A stretch of DNA of 64,000 nt from the IMG/VR virus record IMGVR_UViG_3300031787_000005, one strand, 5' to 3'. Every line of letters starts with the position of its first letter. Within the stretch, counting starts at the first letter, position 1. The stretch comes from a virus. Below, one piece after another: positions 19,299-27,857 of this stretch. The notes beneath the pieces were generated by a model, which ran no database searches, was not told where the DNA came from, and saw only the letters and a program-made list of their open reading frames with translations. The position numbers were made by a program, and so were the translations under genes.

Positions 19299-19799
19299 TC
19301 ATACCATGCTCATTGCTCTTGTAAGTTCAACATAATGGTTCATTTCATCCACAGCAATCTCACCAATCTTGGTGTCTTCTGGATGATCCCAAAAATAGTC
19401 TAGATAAGTTTCGGTTGCATGATACTCAATACCTGCGTTCAGGTGATAAGCAGAAACGGGAGCAATAAAATAATAACCCACCAGAATCCAATAATAGATG
19501 AGAACCAAATGATAAGCGAAAAAGCGATCAATCCAGCGATCTGCTCCACCACGATGCTCCATTTCGATGAGGTGTTCTGTTTCATTTAAGGTCTGTGCAA
19601 AGTGTTCTTTCATTAAGTAATAGTGTGATAGATCTCGGAGACCTAATGACTCTTTGAGATGTAACACACTGACGAAAGCAAAGTATGGTGCTCTAGCGAT
19701 TGTTTCTAGAACCCAAAATCTTTGAATGGGTAAGTCACGATACAAGAAGTCAATGATTGCTATCGTGACTGCTAAAACTGTATCGTTAAACTTTTTCAT
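19299..19799 (-). CDS. ptox: Plastoquinol terminal oxidase (alternative oxidase family)
   Basis: Di-iron motifs LETIARAPYF, NETEHL, EYHATETY, DEMNH. Confidence 0.92.
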   Translation of the reverse strand: MKKFNDTVLAVTIAIIDFLYRDLPIQRFWVLETIARAPYFAFVSVLHLKESLGLRDLSHYYLMKEHFAQTLNETEHLIEMEHRGGADRWIDRFFAYHLVLIYYWILVGYYFIAPVSAYHLNAGIEYHATETYLDYFWDHPEDTKIGEIAVDEMNHYVELTRAMSMV

Positions 19800-19969
19800 G
19801 CAAAGACTCCTGGAACATAGTCAATTCTTTGACGAATCTCATCTAAAAGTACTCCATACTCTTTGAATCTTCTATCACCCGCAATGAAACATCTCTGTCT
19901 CATCCACACGGCATCTGCAAGTAGTTTCAATTCGTAATGTGAAAAATCTTTAAATCGTTCCATATGACC

Positions 19970-20781
19970 TCTTAATGTGGATAGGCGTTGTTGAGTCCCC
20001 ATAAAACGAAGCAACTAATTGCTCCGAATACAGTAATTGTACTAAAAAGTAAATTAGTATTCATAATCCTCCTGCATCTCTTTGTCCGTACATGTATCCC
20101 ACAATGAGACCACACACAAATACGATAAAAATTAAAATTTGTTTATCTAGAAAGTCAATGAATTCATTCCACTCCATCATCATCCTCATAAGTAGATGGT
20201 TCTTCAAATAGTTCATCCATCTTTTGATGAAGTATTCTTTGGTACAATTCTTTTAAATCTTCTTCCGTGATAACTATCATTTGTCCTTGAGTAGTTCTTC
20301 TATTCTTTGACGCATATTTGTACTTTCCTGTTTCATATAGTCTCGGAGAGAATATCCTCTTTGACCTCGCATAATACAGGTACCTTGATAAAACATCGTG
20401 GCAGCAAATACTAATAGCAGAACGATACCGATTATTTCAGGGTAATGTTGAGCCATGGCAGTACAGGGGGAATAACTCCAACCAACCTTAGAAGTCCCTC
20501 AGCAAATAAAGCAAGAACCACCCAACCGACGCACATACTAATAATTGAAGCATTACGATTGTGTCTACGGATTGCGGCATCGATCATCTCCTGAACTTCT
20601 GCACGACTTACCAATTCGTCTTGTGGTTGCATCATTTCTCATCTCCAAGAAACTTTGCCAGTGGGTCTTTGCGTGTTTTCACAATTACTACTGCTCTTTT
20701 GTAGAACATATTGTCTGTGTCACCAGACTGTTCGAAGGTCTCCTTGATCTTCACCCAGTTTTCGTAGGTGTGCTGATCCAT
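19970..20781 (-). CDS. Run of about six short, overlapping hypothetical genes (30-67 aa, several membrane peptides)
   Basis: Manual translation: MNTNLLFSTITVFG.., MEWNEFIDFLDK.., MIVITEEDLKEL.., MAQHYPEIIG.. (20277-20456), MMQPQDELVSR.. (20432-20635), MDQHTYENWVKIK.. (20632-20781). Confidence 0.6.
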
Positions 20782-20893
20782 AGGTTTTAGGTTGAATACT
20801 ACTAATTATGCTAGTGAGTATTTCTACAGTGTCAAGTTTGTGTTGATACAAAAATATAGATTAAGACAATCTTAAATTTGTAATATTTTTAAA

Positions 20894-20978
20894 CGGAAAG
20901 GGTAGGATTCGAACCAACGGAAGCTTTCACTTCGGCAGTTTTCAAGACTGCTGCCTTAAACCACTCGGCCACCTTTCC
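20894..20978 (-). tRNA. tRNA-Ser(TGA)
   Basis: GGAAAGG...CCCTTTCC; anticodon loop CTTGAAA; long variable arm. Confidence 0.95.
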
Positions 20979-21020
20979 AGGTTATGTTATAATTATAAGT
21001 ATAAATTCAAAATAAGTCAA

Positions 21021-21611
21021 GTGCAAATATTAGAATTTGAAATCTTACTTATAGACCTTGGATATAAGGATAAATCAAAAATAGAAATCGATCATCCAAA
21101 GTTCACAAATCAGATGAACTTCACTTGTGATAGTGGTTCTATGGCATTTTATTCTTGGCTAAAACCATATTACAATAAAAAAAGTTACTTATATGTAGAA
21201 TTTTTAGAATATTATAGTGAAGTAGATGTCAAACAAAGAATAGAAAGACTTGCTAAGAAGATAGATTTTGACACAAAAACAAGAATTGGAGATATTGGTT
21301 GGGATGTTATGTATACTAAATCTCCAGATTTATTCACAACACAAGAAAGAACCAAAATGTATTTGGAATTTCTTTCTAAAGGAAGTAAATTTTTAGATGG
21401 AAATTTTTACGGTTTAAATCCAGAACCAGGAGATATGCTAGCAGCAAGACCACAAGGACCAAAAATTGATCAAGGATTTACAAATCATTCACTTAAACTA
21501 GGAGCGAGGCAAAGAGCACTTATCGCACAACGATATGGATTTGGTCCTCTATTTGAAGATGGTCTTCAATATGCTAGATATAATAATGATTTAGTTCTTG
21601 AACCAGTATGA
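21021..21611 (+). CDS. Hypothetical protein, paralog of the next ORF
   Basis: ORF track; shared RIGxxGW and RYGF...YNxxLxLEP motifs. Confidence 0.7.
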   Translation: MQILEFEILLIDLGYKDKSKIEIDHPKFTNQMNFTCDSGSMAFYSWLKPYYNKKSYLYVEFLEYYSEVDVKQRIERLAKKIDFDTKTRIGDIGWDVMYTKSPDLFTTQERTKMYLEFLSKGSKFLDGNFYGLNPEPGDMLAARPQGPKIDQGFTNHSLKLGARQRALIAQRYGFGPLFEDGLQYARYNNDLVLEPV

Positions 21612-22129
21612 AGCGTTTTACATCAATACTTTTTAATGTGCATGGTATAGATGTATATGGATACATAGATCTTTTTGATGATAAAGATCAATTTTTATCC
21701 ATGGCATGTAAAGATGCAGATCCGGAAAAATTAGAATATTTTAAAAAAAAGATTCGTTATGACTCTGGTGGAAGGATAGGAGAAGTTGGATGGGGTCTTT
21801 CATTAACTCCAAATTCGGTAGCAAGAAAACTACGTCAACTAACTTTACAACAACGTACTGATGTAGTTTCCACCGCATTAAAGCATAATGTAATAAAAAA
21901 ATATTTTTATACCGACTTTATTGATGGGCATGATTTATTCAGAATCAAAGGAGATATTCTATTCAGTCACCCATGTGGATTTGCAGAAACTAAAATAGCA
22001 GAACTTGGTAATAAAGATTTATCTGCAAGAATTGGTAAGTTATGTACACGATATGGTTTTAGTGAACTAGATGAGTATGGATACCAATTCGCAATCTATA
22101 ATGACCAGTTAAAGTTAGAACCTATCTAA
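21608..22129 (+). CDS. Hypothetical protein, paralog of the previous ORF
   Basis: ATGA overlap with the upstream ORF; shared motifs. Confidence 0.75.
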   Translation: MKRFTSILFNVHGIDVYGYIDLFDDKDQFLSMACKDADPEKLEYFKKKIRYDSGGRIGEVGWGLSLTPNSVARKLRQLTLQQRTDVVSTALKHNVIKKYFYTDFIDGHDLFRIKGDILFSHPCGFAETKIAELGNKDLSARIGKLCTRYGFSELDEYGYQFAIYNDQLKLEPI

Positions 22130-22373
22130 CTTCAAAATCTAACTTTCTTACCTTACGATTTCTACGTGCTTCTTGATAGGCAAGATCTTCTTGCGATAAT
22201 ATACTTGCCCTTTTATTTTGCTTATCAGAATCAATCATAACTACATCTGCCAAATCTACAGCAGTGATTAAATCTCCCTTTACTGTGGTCATATTTGCAC
22301 AACCACAAGACTTTGTTTTAACTGGGTGACTGATCAATTCAGTCCCGCAGACTTTGCATCTTACGCTTACCAT
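22122..22373 (-). CDS. Hypothetical Cys-rich (CxxC...CxC) protein
   Basis: RCKVCG...SCGC putative zinc site. Confidence 0.7.
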   Translation of the reverse strand: MVSVRCKVCGTELISHPVKTKSCGCANMTTVKGDLITAVDLADVVMIDSDKQNKRASILSQEDLAYQEARRNRKVRKLDFEVR

Positions 22374-22388
22374 AACTCAATACCACTA

Positions 22389-22823
22389 TCATTCAATAAA
22401 AGATCTTAACATCCAAACAAATTTTCCGTGTGCTTCATTTAAATCGTCAAGAAGATTAATTGTCCCCCTAGACTTCTGCTCCTCAGCCTCTACAGCAGCA
22501 GCATCAAACATGGACACCATTTTTTTGTGATCATCAAGTAGATCACGAATCATTTCCATTGAGGAAATATTAGTTTTTGCTTCCGAAACTCCAGAAACTT
22601 CCAAAACTCTTGAAAGAGAACTGATAGGTTTAACACCTAAAAATCTCATGTGCTCAGATAATCTATCAATTTCTTCTTGAATAGCAAGATACTGCTCCCC
22701 AAATAGATCATGAATCTGTTTAAAATCTTCACCAACAACGTGCCAGTGATAAACCCAAGTTTTTTGGAAAAGTAAAAAGAGCGATGCTTGCGTATCGCTC
22801 AGAAGTTTATATAGAGATTCCAT
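22389..22823 (-). CDS. dps: Dps/ferritin-like DNA protection protein
   Basis: YHWHVVGEDFKQIHDLF..EEIDRLSEHMR ferroxidase signature; late promoter TATAAATA at 22842-22849. Confidence 0.88.
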   Translation of the reverse strand: MESLYKLLSDTQASLFLLFQKTWVYHWHVVGEDFKQIHDLFGEQYLAIQEEIDRLSEHMRFLGVKPISSLSRVLEVSGVSEAKTNISSMEMIRDLLDDHKKMVSMFDAAAVEAEEQKSRGTINLLDDLNEAHGKFVWMLRSFIE

Positions 22824-22852
22824 TATACTTCTTTTTGAAAGTATTTATACTA

Positions 22853-22924
22853 TGGGCGATACTGGATTCGAACCAGTGACTTCACACTTGTAAGGAGCGC
22901 ACTCTACCGCTGAGTTAATCGCCC
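22853..22924 (-). tRNA. tRNA-Val(TAC)
   Basis: GGGCGAT...ATCGCCC; anticodon loop CTTACAA (one T-T mismatch in the anticodon stem). Confidence 0.9.
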
Positions 22925-22930
22925 AGGAAA

Positions 22931-23065
22931 TTAGAATCTTCCTGTCATAAATTCTACAGTATTTGCTACATCATTCATAGCATCACGTAGGTTTTCTCTT
23001 TGCCCAGACTCTTGCCTTACGATTGGGCGATGATCGTCGGTAAGAGTCCAACGCCATTGTTTCAT
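22931..23065 (-). CDS. Small hypothetical protein (MKQWRWTLTDDHRP...)
   Basis: Manual translation, 44 aa. Confidence 0.55.
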   Translation of the reverse strand: MKQWRWTLTDDHRPIVRQESGQRENLRDAMNDVANTVEFMTGRF

Positions 23066-23084
23066 ATCGACACAATACCACAGA

Positions 23085-23288
23085 TTAATTTTCATTTTTG
23101 TAGTACTCTAGTTTAATCCAGTTTAGAAGAGCATAAACTTCAGGCAATTCTGACTTATGATCTTGATAGTTAGTATCATCTAACATTTCCTCCCTTTCAT
23201 AAAACTCAATCTCACTAGTCAGATAATCAACATAATGATTGATAGCAGTCATAGCGACTTCTCTATCACGCTGGGAAATAAGAGACAT
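23085..23288 (-). CDS. Hypothetical protein
   Basis: ORF track; GGAGG SD; promoter TTGACA-17-TATTAT at 23310-23338. Confidence 0.7.
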   Translation of the reverse strand: MSLISQRDREVAMTAINHYVDYLTSEIEFYEREEMLDDTNYQDHKSELPEVYALLNWIKLEYYKNEN

Positions 23289-23351
23289 AGACCTCCTAAC
23301 TCGTTATCTATAATACATTAAAAAGGGGGTCTTGTCAACCCCCTCTATGTA

Positions 23352-24329
23352 TCACTTCTCGCCTAAACCAACTTGTTTGACTTTGATGCGAGCCTTGTTA
23401 AGGATGGAACCAGCAAGAGGAACATAACCCAAGTCATCAGCAATGCCTTGTGCTTTGGTGCTCAGGGCATAGTTCAGTGCCTCACGGACTGCTTCTGCCT
23501 TACCAGGAGCATAACCACTCTTATAGGCAAGAATCCAGGTCAGAGTGGAGATAGGGTATGCTTGAAGACCTGCGGGGTTAGGGTCTTCACCAGCAAGGGT
23601 CACGGGGTCAATCTTAATACCATTCAGAGCAGCAGCACCAGTCACAGCAGAAGGTCCAACAAACTTACCTGCTTTATTCTGGAGGACAGCAGCTTGGAGT
23701 TTATTTACGCGAACGAAACCAGTGTTCACATAACCGATAGCACCAGGAGTGTTCTTGATGGTTCCAGCAACACCCTCATTACCTTTCGCACCGACACCAA
23801 CTGGCCAGTTCACGGACTTACCAACACCAGGAGTCCAACCACCGAACGCATCCAGTGAGTTAGTGAAGGCATAGGTGGTTCCAGAACCATCAGAACGATG
23901 AACCGTCACCATCTTACCAGCAGCACAACCAACTTCCTTCCAGTCCTTGATGTGTCCCATAAAGATATGGACAACTTGTTTCTGGGTCAGTTTCAGTTTA
24001 CAACCAGGCTTGTTATAAGCAATAGCAATGGTTCCACCAACCATAGGAATTTGGATTACACCACGCTTGACCTTTGCTGCTTCCTTTGCCTTGATAGGTT
24101 CATCAGTAGCACCAAACTCAACAGTTCCAGCAACGAACTGACGAACACCAGCACCAGAACCAACGGACTGATAGTTTACCTTTTCGCCAGTGGATGCTGA
24201 ATAATCTTGGAACCAGCGTTGATAGATGGGGGCAGGGAAGGTAGCACCTGCTCCGTTAATAGCAGGTCCAGCAAATGCAGCAGTAGGAGCAAGAGCAAGA
24301 CCGATTGTAGCAATATGTTTGAGTTTCAT
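23352..24329 (-). CDS. pstS: Phosphate ABC transporter substrate-binding protein
   Basis: GAGATFPAP, YQSVGSGAG, HRSDGSGTT, GAKGNEGV, YPISTLTW. Confidence 0.96.
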   Translation of the reverse strand: MKLKHIATIGLALAPTAAFAGPAINGAGATFPAPIYQRWFQDYSASTGEKVNYQSVGSGAGVRQFVAGTVEFGATDEPIKAKEAAKVKRGVIQIPMVGGTIAIAYNKPGCKLKLTQKQVVHIFMGHIKDWKEVGCAAGKMVTVHRSDGSGTTYAFTNSLDAFGGWTPGVGKSVNWPVGVGAKGNEGVAGTIKNTPGAIGYVNTGFVRVNKLQAAVLQNKAGKFVGPSAVTGAAALNGIKIDPVTLAGEDPNPAGLQAYPISTLTWILAYKSGYAPGKAEAVREALNYALSTKAQGIADDLGYVPLAGSILNKARIKVKQVGLGEK

Positions 24330-24343
24330 TGTAGAAAATCGTA

Positions 24344-24362
24344 GGTTAAGAAAAAGTTAAAT
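24344..24362 (-). promoter_or_regulatory. Pho-box-like repeats upstream of pstS
   Basis: TTTAACTTTTT-CTTAACCTACG: YTTAAY half-sites with 11-bp period. Confidence 0.55.
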
Positions 24363-24375
24363 AGTCCCTTACACC

Positions 24376-24400
24376 AAAAAACCTCCCCGAAAGGAGGTTT
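24376..24400 (-). terminator. Intrinsic terminator after the porin gene
   Basis: Minus strand ACCTCC-TTTCGG-GGAGGT followed by a T-tract. Confidence 0.75.
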
Positions 24401-24419
24401 AGAGGTATCGTAGATATTA

Positions 24420-25922
24420 TCAGAAACGGAAGGTCGTCTGAATCACACCACCATAGTTGTCCGAAGCTTGCTTCAGACCTTGGTTGTTGGACACATAGAA
24501 CACAGCAGGAGTCACGCTGATGTTATCGCTAACTTTATAACGATAGAATGCTTCCCACATAATCGCTTTTTGGTCAGCGGCAAGAGAAGAAGCATTACCA
24601 GGAGCACCGATGGCGAAACCAGCAGCATTACCCTTTACAAATACATCGCTCCACTGAAGACCTGCCATCCAGGTTTGTGAATCAGTAGCACCATTAGGAG
24701 TTGGGCGGTTGTTAGAAACACTTACAGTGTTCCAACCATAAGCACCACTCACGGAAGGGATGATACCAGACTTCTTGGGTTGCCAATATGCGTTGAAAGC
24801 ATAACCATTGGAGGTTTGGTTAGCAGCAAGAGCACCAGAACCACCACCGATAGCATTGAAGTTGCGAACACGAGTTCCTTCAGTACCATAGCGGTAACCG
24901 AAAGCAACACCATACTGAGGAGCACGGTAACCAACCTGTGCCAGAGTGTTCAGAGAACCATCTTCATCAAACTGACCTTTGGTAGAATCGTTTCCGTTCT
25001 GGGCAACATAGTTGACACCAGCAACGAAAGCACCCTTACCTTTTTTACCAGGTTGAGTCCACTGAGCACCGAAACCAGAACCAGTTGCTTTGTTATAGAC
25101 ACCAGGAGCACCAGCAACAGAGAAGAAGTCAAGGATGTCCGACTTATAAGCAGTGGGCAACCAAGCCATTTCAGTGTTACGAACCTGAGCACCAACAGTC
25201 AGCATCACACCTTTGGTCAGACCAGGGAACTGATAATACAGACGGTCAAGTTGTACTGCGTTGGAGAAACTTTCTGCCTTGTCCAGTTTGAACAGGGAGG
25301 AAGATGAACCGAAAGGTTGACTGGAGAAGTTACCAGTACGAAGACGGGTCTTGAGTAGATCCTTACCAGTGAAGGAAGTATCAAAACTCAGACGGAGGTC
25401 ATAGTTAAATGCGGTGTTGCCGACGTTGCTGCTGTTAGCAAGACGAGCACCATCTACACCACCCAGAACGAAGGTTGCTTCACCCTTGAGTTTGGTAGTG
25501 GTGGAAAACTGTTGTGCCTGAAGAGAACCAACTTGAGTTTCCAGTTTGGCAACACGACCTTTGATAACGCTGAGTTCCTTAGCAAACTCATTCGCAAGAC
25601 GTTGGAGTTCATCAGTTGCTTCGGTTACACGGTCAAGGCAAGCATTCAGAAGTGCTGCTGCCTCAAAGCGGGTCATAGACTTACCACCCAGATAGGTGCC
25701 ATTCTCATAACCAGCAACGCAACCATAGCGTTCTACCAGGTTACTGAGTGCCTGATATGCCCAATCCGTAGGACGGACATCAGTCAGTTGAGTGACGCTA
25801 GAAACCTGTTCTGTGGAAGTGTATTGGTTGACTGCTGCCATATTAAGGTCTGCGGCATTCGCAGCAACAGGAGCAACCATTCCCAAAGCAACAGGTGCAA
25901 GCATCAGTTGTTTGATTTTCAT
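24420..25922 (-). CDS. som: Cyanobacterial outer-membrane porin (Som/OprB-type) with SLH domain
   Basis: Signal peptide, SLH motif DVRPTDWAYQAL..LVERYGC..GY, FSTTTKLKGE, terminal IQTTFRF. Confidence 0.93.
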   Translation of the reverse strand: MKIKQLMLAPVALGMVAPVAANAADLNMAAVNQYTSTEQVSSVTQLTDVRPTDWAYQALSNLVERYGCVAGYENGTYLGGKSMTRFEAAALLNACLDRVTEATDELQRLANEFAKELSVIKGRVAKLETQVGSLQAQQFSTTTKLKGEATFVLGGVDGARLANSSNVGNTAFNYDLRLSFDTSFTGKDLLKTRLRTGNFSSQPFGSSSSLFKLDKAESFSNAVQLDRLYYQFPGLTKGVMLTVGAQVRNTEMAWLPTAYKSDILDFFSVAGAPGVYNKATGSGFGAQWTQPGKKGKGAFVAGVNYVAQNGNDSTKGQFDEDGSLNTLAQVGYRAPQYGVAFGYRYGTEGTRVRNFNAIGGGSGALAANQTSNGYAFNAYWQPKKSGIIPSVSGAYGWNTVSVSNNRPTPNGATDSQTWMAGLQWSDVFVKGNAAGFAIGAPGNASSLAADQKAIMWEAFYRYKVSDNISVTPAVFYVSNNQGLKQASDNYGGVIQTTFRF

Positions 25923-26042
25923 AAAGTTTTGTTTTTAGTACTAAACGACATTGTACTTCAGGACTAGAAAAATCCCTTGTATTATGGGTCACATAATGGT
26001 GCGAGTAGTTGGGGCACCAGTTATGCGGGATTATTTAGAGAG

Positions 26043-26126
26043 ACTTAATCAAATCTTAAGACTTTATTAAGTTGAAGGTATCATAGCATAACCATATTGA
26101 TTATGTCAATTAAGACTAGGTTAAGG
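26043..26126 (-). promoter_or_regulatory. Promoter TTGACA-18-TATGAT flanked by Pho-box-like TTAA arrays, upstream of the porin
   Basis: TTAA at 26045, 26056 and 26067, and again at 26110 and 26121, each with 11-bp period. Confidence 0.7.
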
Positions 26127-26134
26127 TTTTTAGA

Positions 26135-26206
26135 AGCGGAGTATCGGAATCGAACCGACGACATCTAACTTGGAAGGATAGCGTTCTACCGCTGAACTAA
26201 CTCCGC
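26135..26206 (-). tRNA. tRNA-Gly(TCC)
   Basis: GCGGAGT...ACTCCGC; anticodon loop CTTCCAA. Confidence 0.95.
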
Positions 26207-26207
26207 A

Positions 26208-26282
26208 ATGGTGGGGATTTACCCAGCCTCAGGTTTCCCTTCACAGGCACGGAACCCCACCGCACTCCTTCACACGGACGAA
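26208..26282 (-). ncRNA. Candidate small structured RNA with its own promoter
   Basis: GGTGGGG/CCCCACC stem enclosing GCC-TGTGAA-GG-GAAA-CC-TGA-GGC; TTGACA-17-TATACT at 26286-26314. Confidence 0.5.
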
Positions 26283-26315
26283 AGAAGTATAAGACATAAT
26301 GAGTATTATGTCAAG

Positions 26316-26387
26316 AGCCCCCGACAAGATTCGAACTTGCGACCAGCGGTTTACAAAACCGCTGCTCTACCACTGAGCTACAGAGGC
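26316..26387 (-). tRNA. tRNA-Thr(TGT)
   Basis: GCCTCTG...CGGGGGC; anticodon loop TTTGTAA. Confidence 0.95.
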
Positions 26388-26389
26388 AA

Positions 26390-26575
26390 CAAGCAGGGGT
26401 GATCAGTCCCCTGACCTAAGCGAACTTAGGATTTAGTGTGGTTTCCAGTAGCCGTTCTTATCTCCCATAAAGAAGATGTAGGTATCGAACCTACAAAGGA
26501 CAGTCTCTAACGAAACCGCTGGGAATTTCACCCAGAACCAAGTTTAGAAGACCCAGACATTTCCAGATCTTCTAA
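26390..26575 (-). ncRNA. Candidate multi-hairpin ncRNA between tRNA-Asn and tRNA-Thr (possibly manA-like)
   Basis: At least five hairpins, including GTAGGTTCGATACCTAC and CCTAAG-TTCG-CTTAGG; long-range GGTTTC/GAAACC; no credible ORF. Confidence 0.5.
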
Positions 26576-26647
26576 CTCCCCCGGCAAGATTCGAACTTGC
26601 GACCCAACGATTAACAGTCGTTTGCACTACCGCTGTGCTACAGAGGA
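26576..26647 (-). tRNA. tRNA-Asn(GTT)
   Basis: TCCTCTG...CGGGGGA; anticodon loop CTGTTAA. Confidence 0.95.
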
Positions 26648-26672
26648 ATGGTTTGGAGAATGAGATCTCCAA

Positions 26673-26746
<74 letters not shown>

Positions 26747-26766
26747 ATTTGAACTCACTTATTATA

Positions 26767-27159
26767 TCAGTCCTTAGGGCAGTCGTCAACCCAAGGAGCA
26801 CAGATTCTCATTTCTCCACCAAGCAGTCTCTGTGCCTCACTGCCGTCTGGTGGTTTCTCAACATATCTAGGTTTCTTTATGGATTCTTTGATAATGCGAT
26901 CATATTCAGGTGTAACCTCATCAATCGCACGATCAACATCACGTTTGATTCTACGTTCTAACTTCGCAGGATCTTTAATAACAAACTCATTAAGAATAGT
27001 TTGTGGGAAATATTTTCTTTGAACTTCGTCCAGTAAGTCCCAAAGTCCATCTTGAGAAACTCCAGTGCATTGTGAGAGTGCTGCTATAAGAGAAGATAAT
27101 ACAATTCCTATTATAGCGTATTGTTTTATATCTGGTTTTTGTTTTCCAAACTTAAACAT
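26767..27159 (-). CDS. Hypothetical membrane-anchored protein
   Basis: ORF track; N-terminal transmembrane helix. Confidence 0.7.
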   Translation of the reverse strand: MFKFGKQKPDIKQYAIIGIVLSSLIAALSQCTGVSQDGLWDLLDEVQRKYFPQTILNEFVIKDPAKLERRIKRDVDRAIDEVTPEYDRIIKESIKKPRYVEKPPDGSEAQRLLGGEMRICAPWVDDCPKD

Positions 27160-27194
27160 AAGAAAGGGGAGTTCTGCAGCACTCCCCTTATATA

Positions 27195-27857
27195 TTAAAC
27201 TTCTACCGTGATCAGTTTGGAAGCATACTCATGTGCATAAGATGTACGAGCACCATGATGCCCCCATCCGATCCAACTATACGCATAGTTCATGTAGCGA
27301 TTAATTGACTTACCAGGAGTTTTCATCTTCTCCTCAATGTCTTGCCACTGAACTTCATTGGTCAGATAACGAAGTTGCGTGTGAAGTGATGATGGAGAAC
27401 CACCATACTTCTTAGCAAAATCACCCAATCCATAATAACGATTGGCAGATGTCCATTGAATCAGTCCGTAACCGCGTCCGCAGTTACCCCAACTGGTTCT
27501 GCTACCACCTTCACAAATGTTAGGAACAAAAGTTGATTCCTGACGAATATTACCCATGATGGTAGCAAGGGCGTTTCTGTCTTTAATTCCAATGTTCTGG
27601 AAATATTCCAGAGCTACATTTTCATTTTCATTACACCCTTTACAAATTAGCCTTTTCTCTTTAGGTTTTTCGGGAGCAACCTCTTTGGTCGCTGTCTTCT
27701 TTTCATCTACAGGAGGCAATTCAGGAATATTTGAATTAAATGCCACTTCGACAGGAGGAGGTGGACCTTGCATCTTGTAGTTGATGAATGGCAGTGTTGC
27801 CGCATTGGTTGTAACCGTTGCCAAAAGTGGCAGGGCTACTGTAAAGATATTTTGCAT
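27195..27857 (-). CDS. Secreted protein with phage tail-type lysozyme (Phage_lysozyme2-like) domain
   Basis: ALATIMGNIRQES catalytic Glu; GYGLIQWT..RY; start trimmed to MQNIF. Confidence 0.75.
   Translation of the reverse strand: MQNIFTVALPLLATVTTNAATLPFINYKMQGPPPPVEVAFNSNIPELPPVDEKKTATKEVAPEKPKEKRLICKGCNENENVALEYFQNIGIKDRNALATIMGNIRQESTFVPNICEGGSRTSWGNCGRGYGLIQWTSANRYYGLGDFAKKYGGSPSSLHTQLRYLTNEVQWQDIEEKMKTPGKSINRYMNYAYSWIGWGHHGARTSYAHEYASKLITVEV

Noticed and set aside
20858-20893. Additional Pho-box-like TTAA pair near tRNA-Ser
   Set aside because: Only two half-sites in a very AT-rich stretch, with no phosphate-related gene downstream.
26208-26402. Plus-strand ORF, and a hammerhead ribozyme suggested by GGACGAAA near 26276
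   Set aside because: The ORF is antisense to tRNA-Thr; no CUGAUGA core is present at the required position for a hammerhead.
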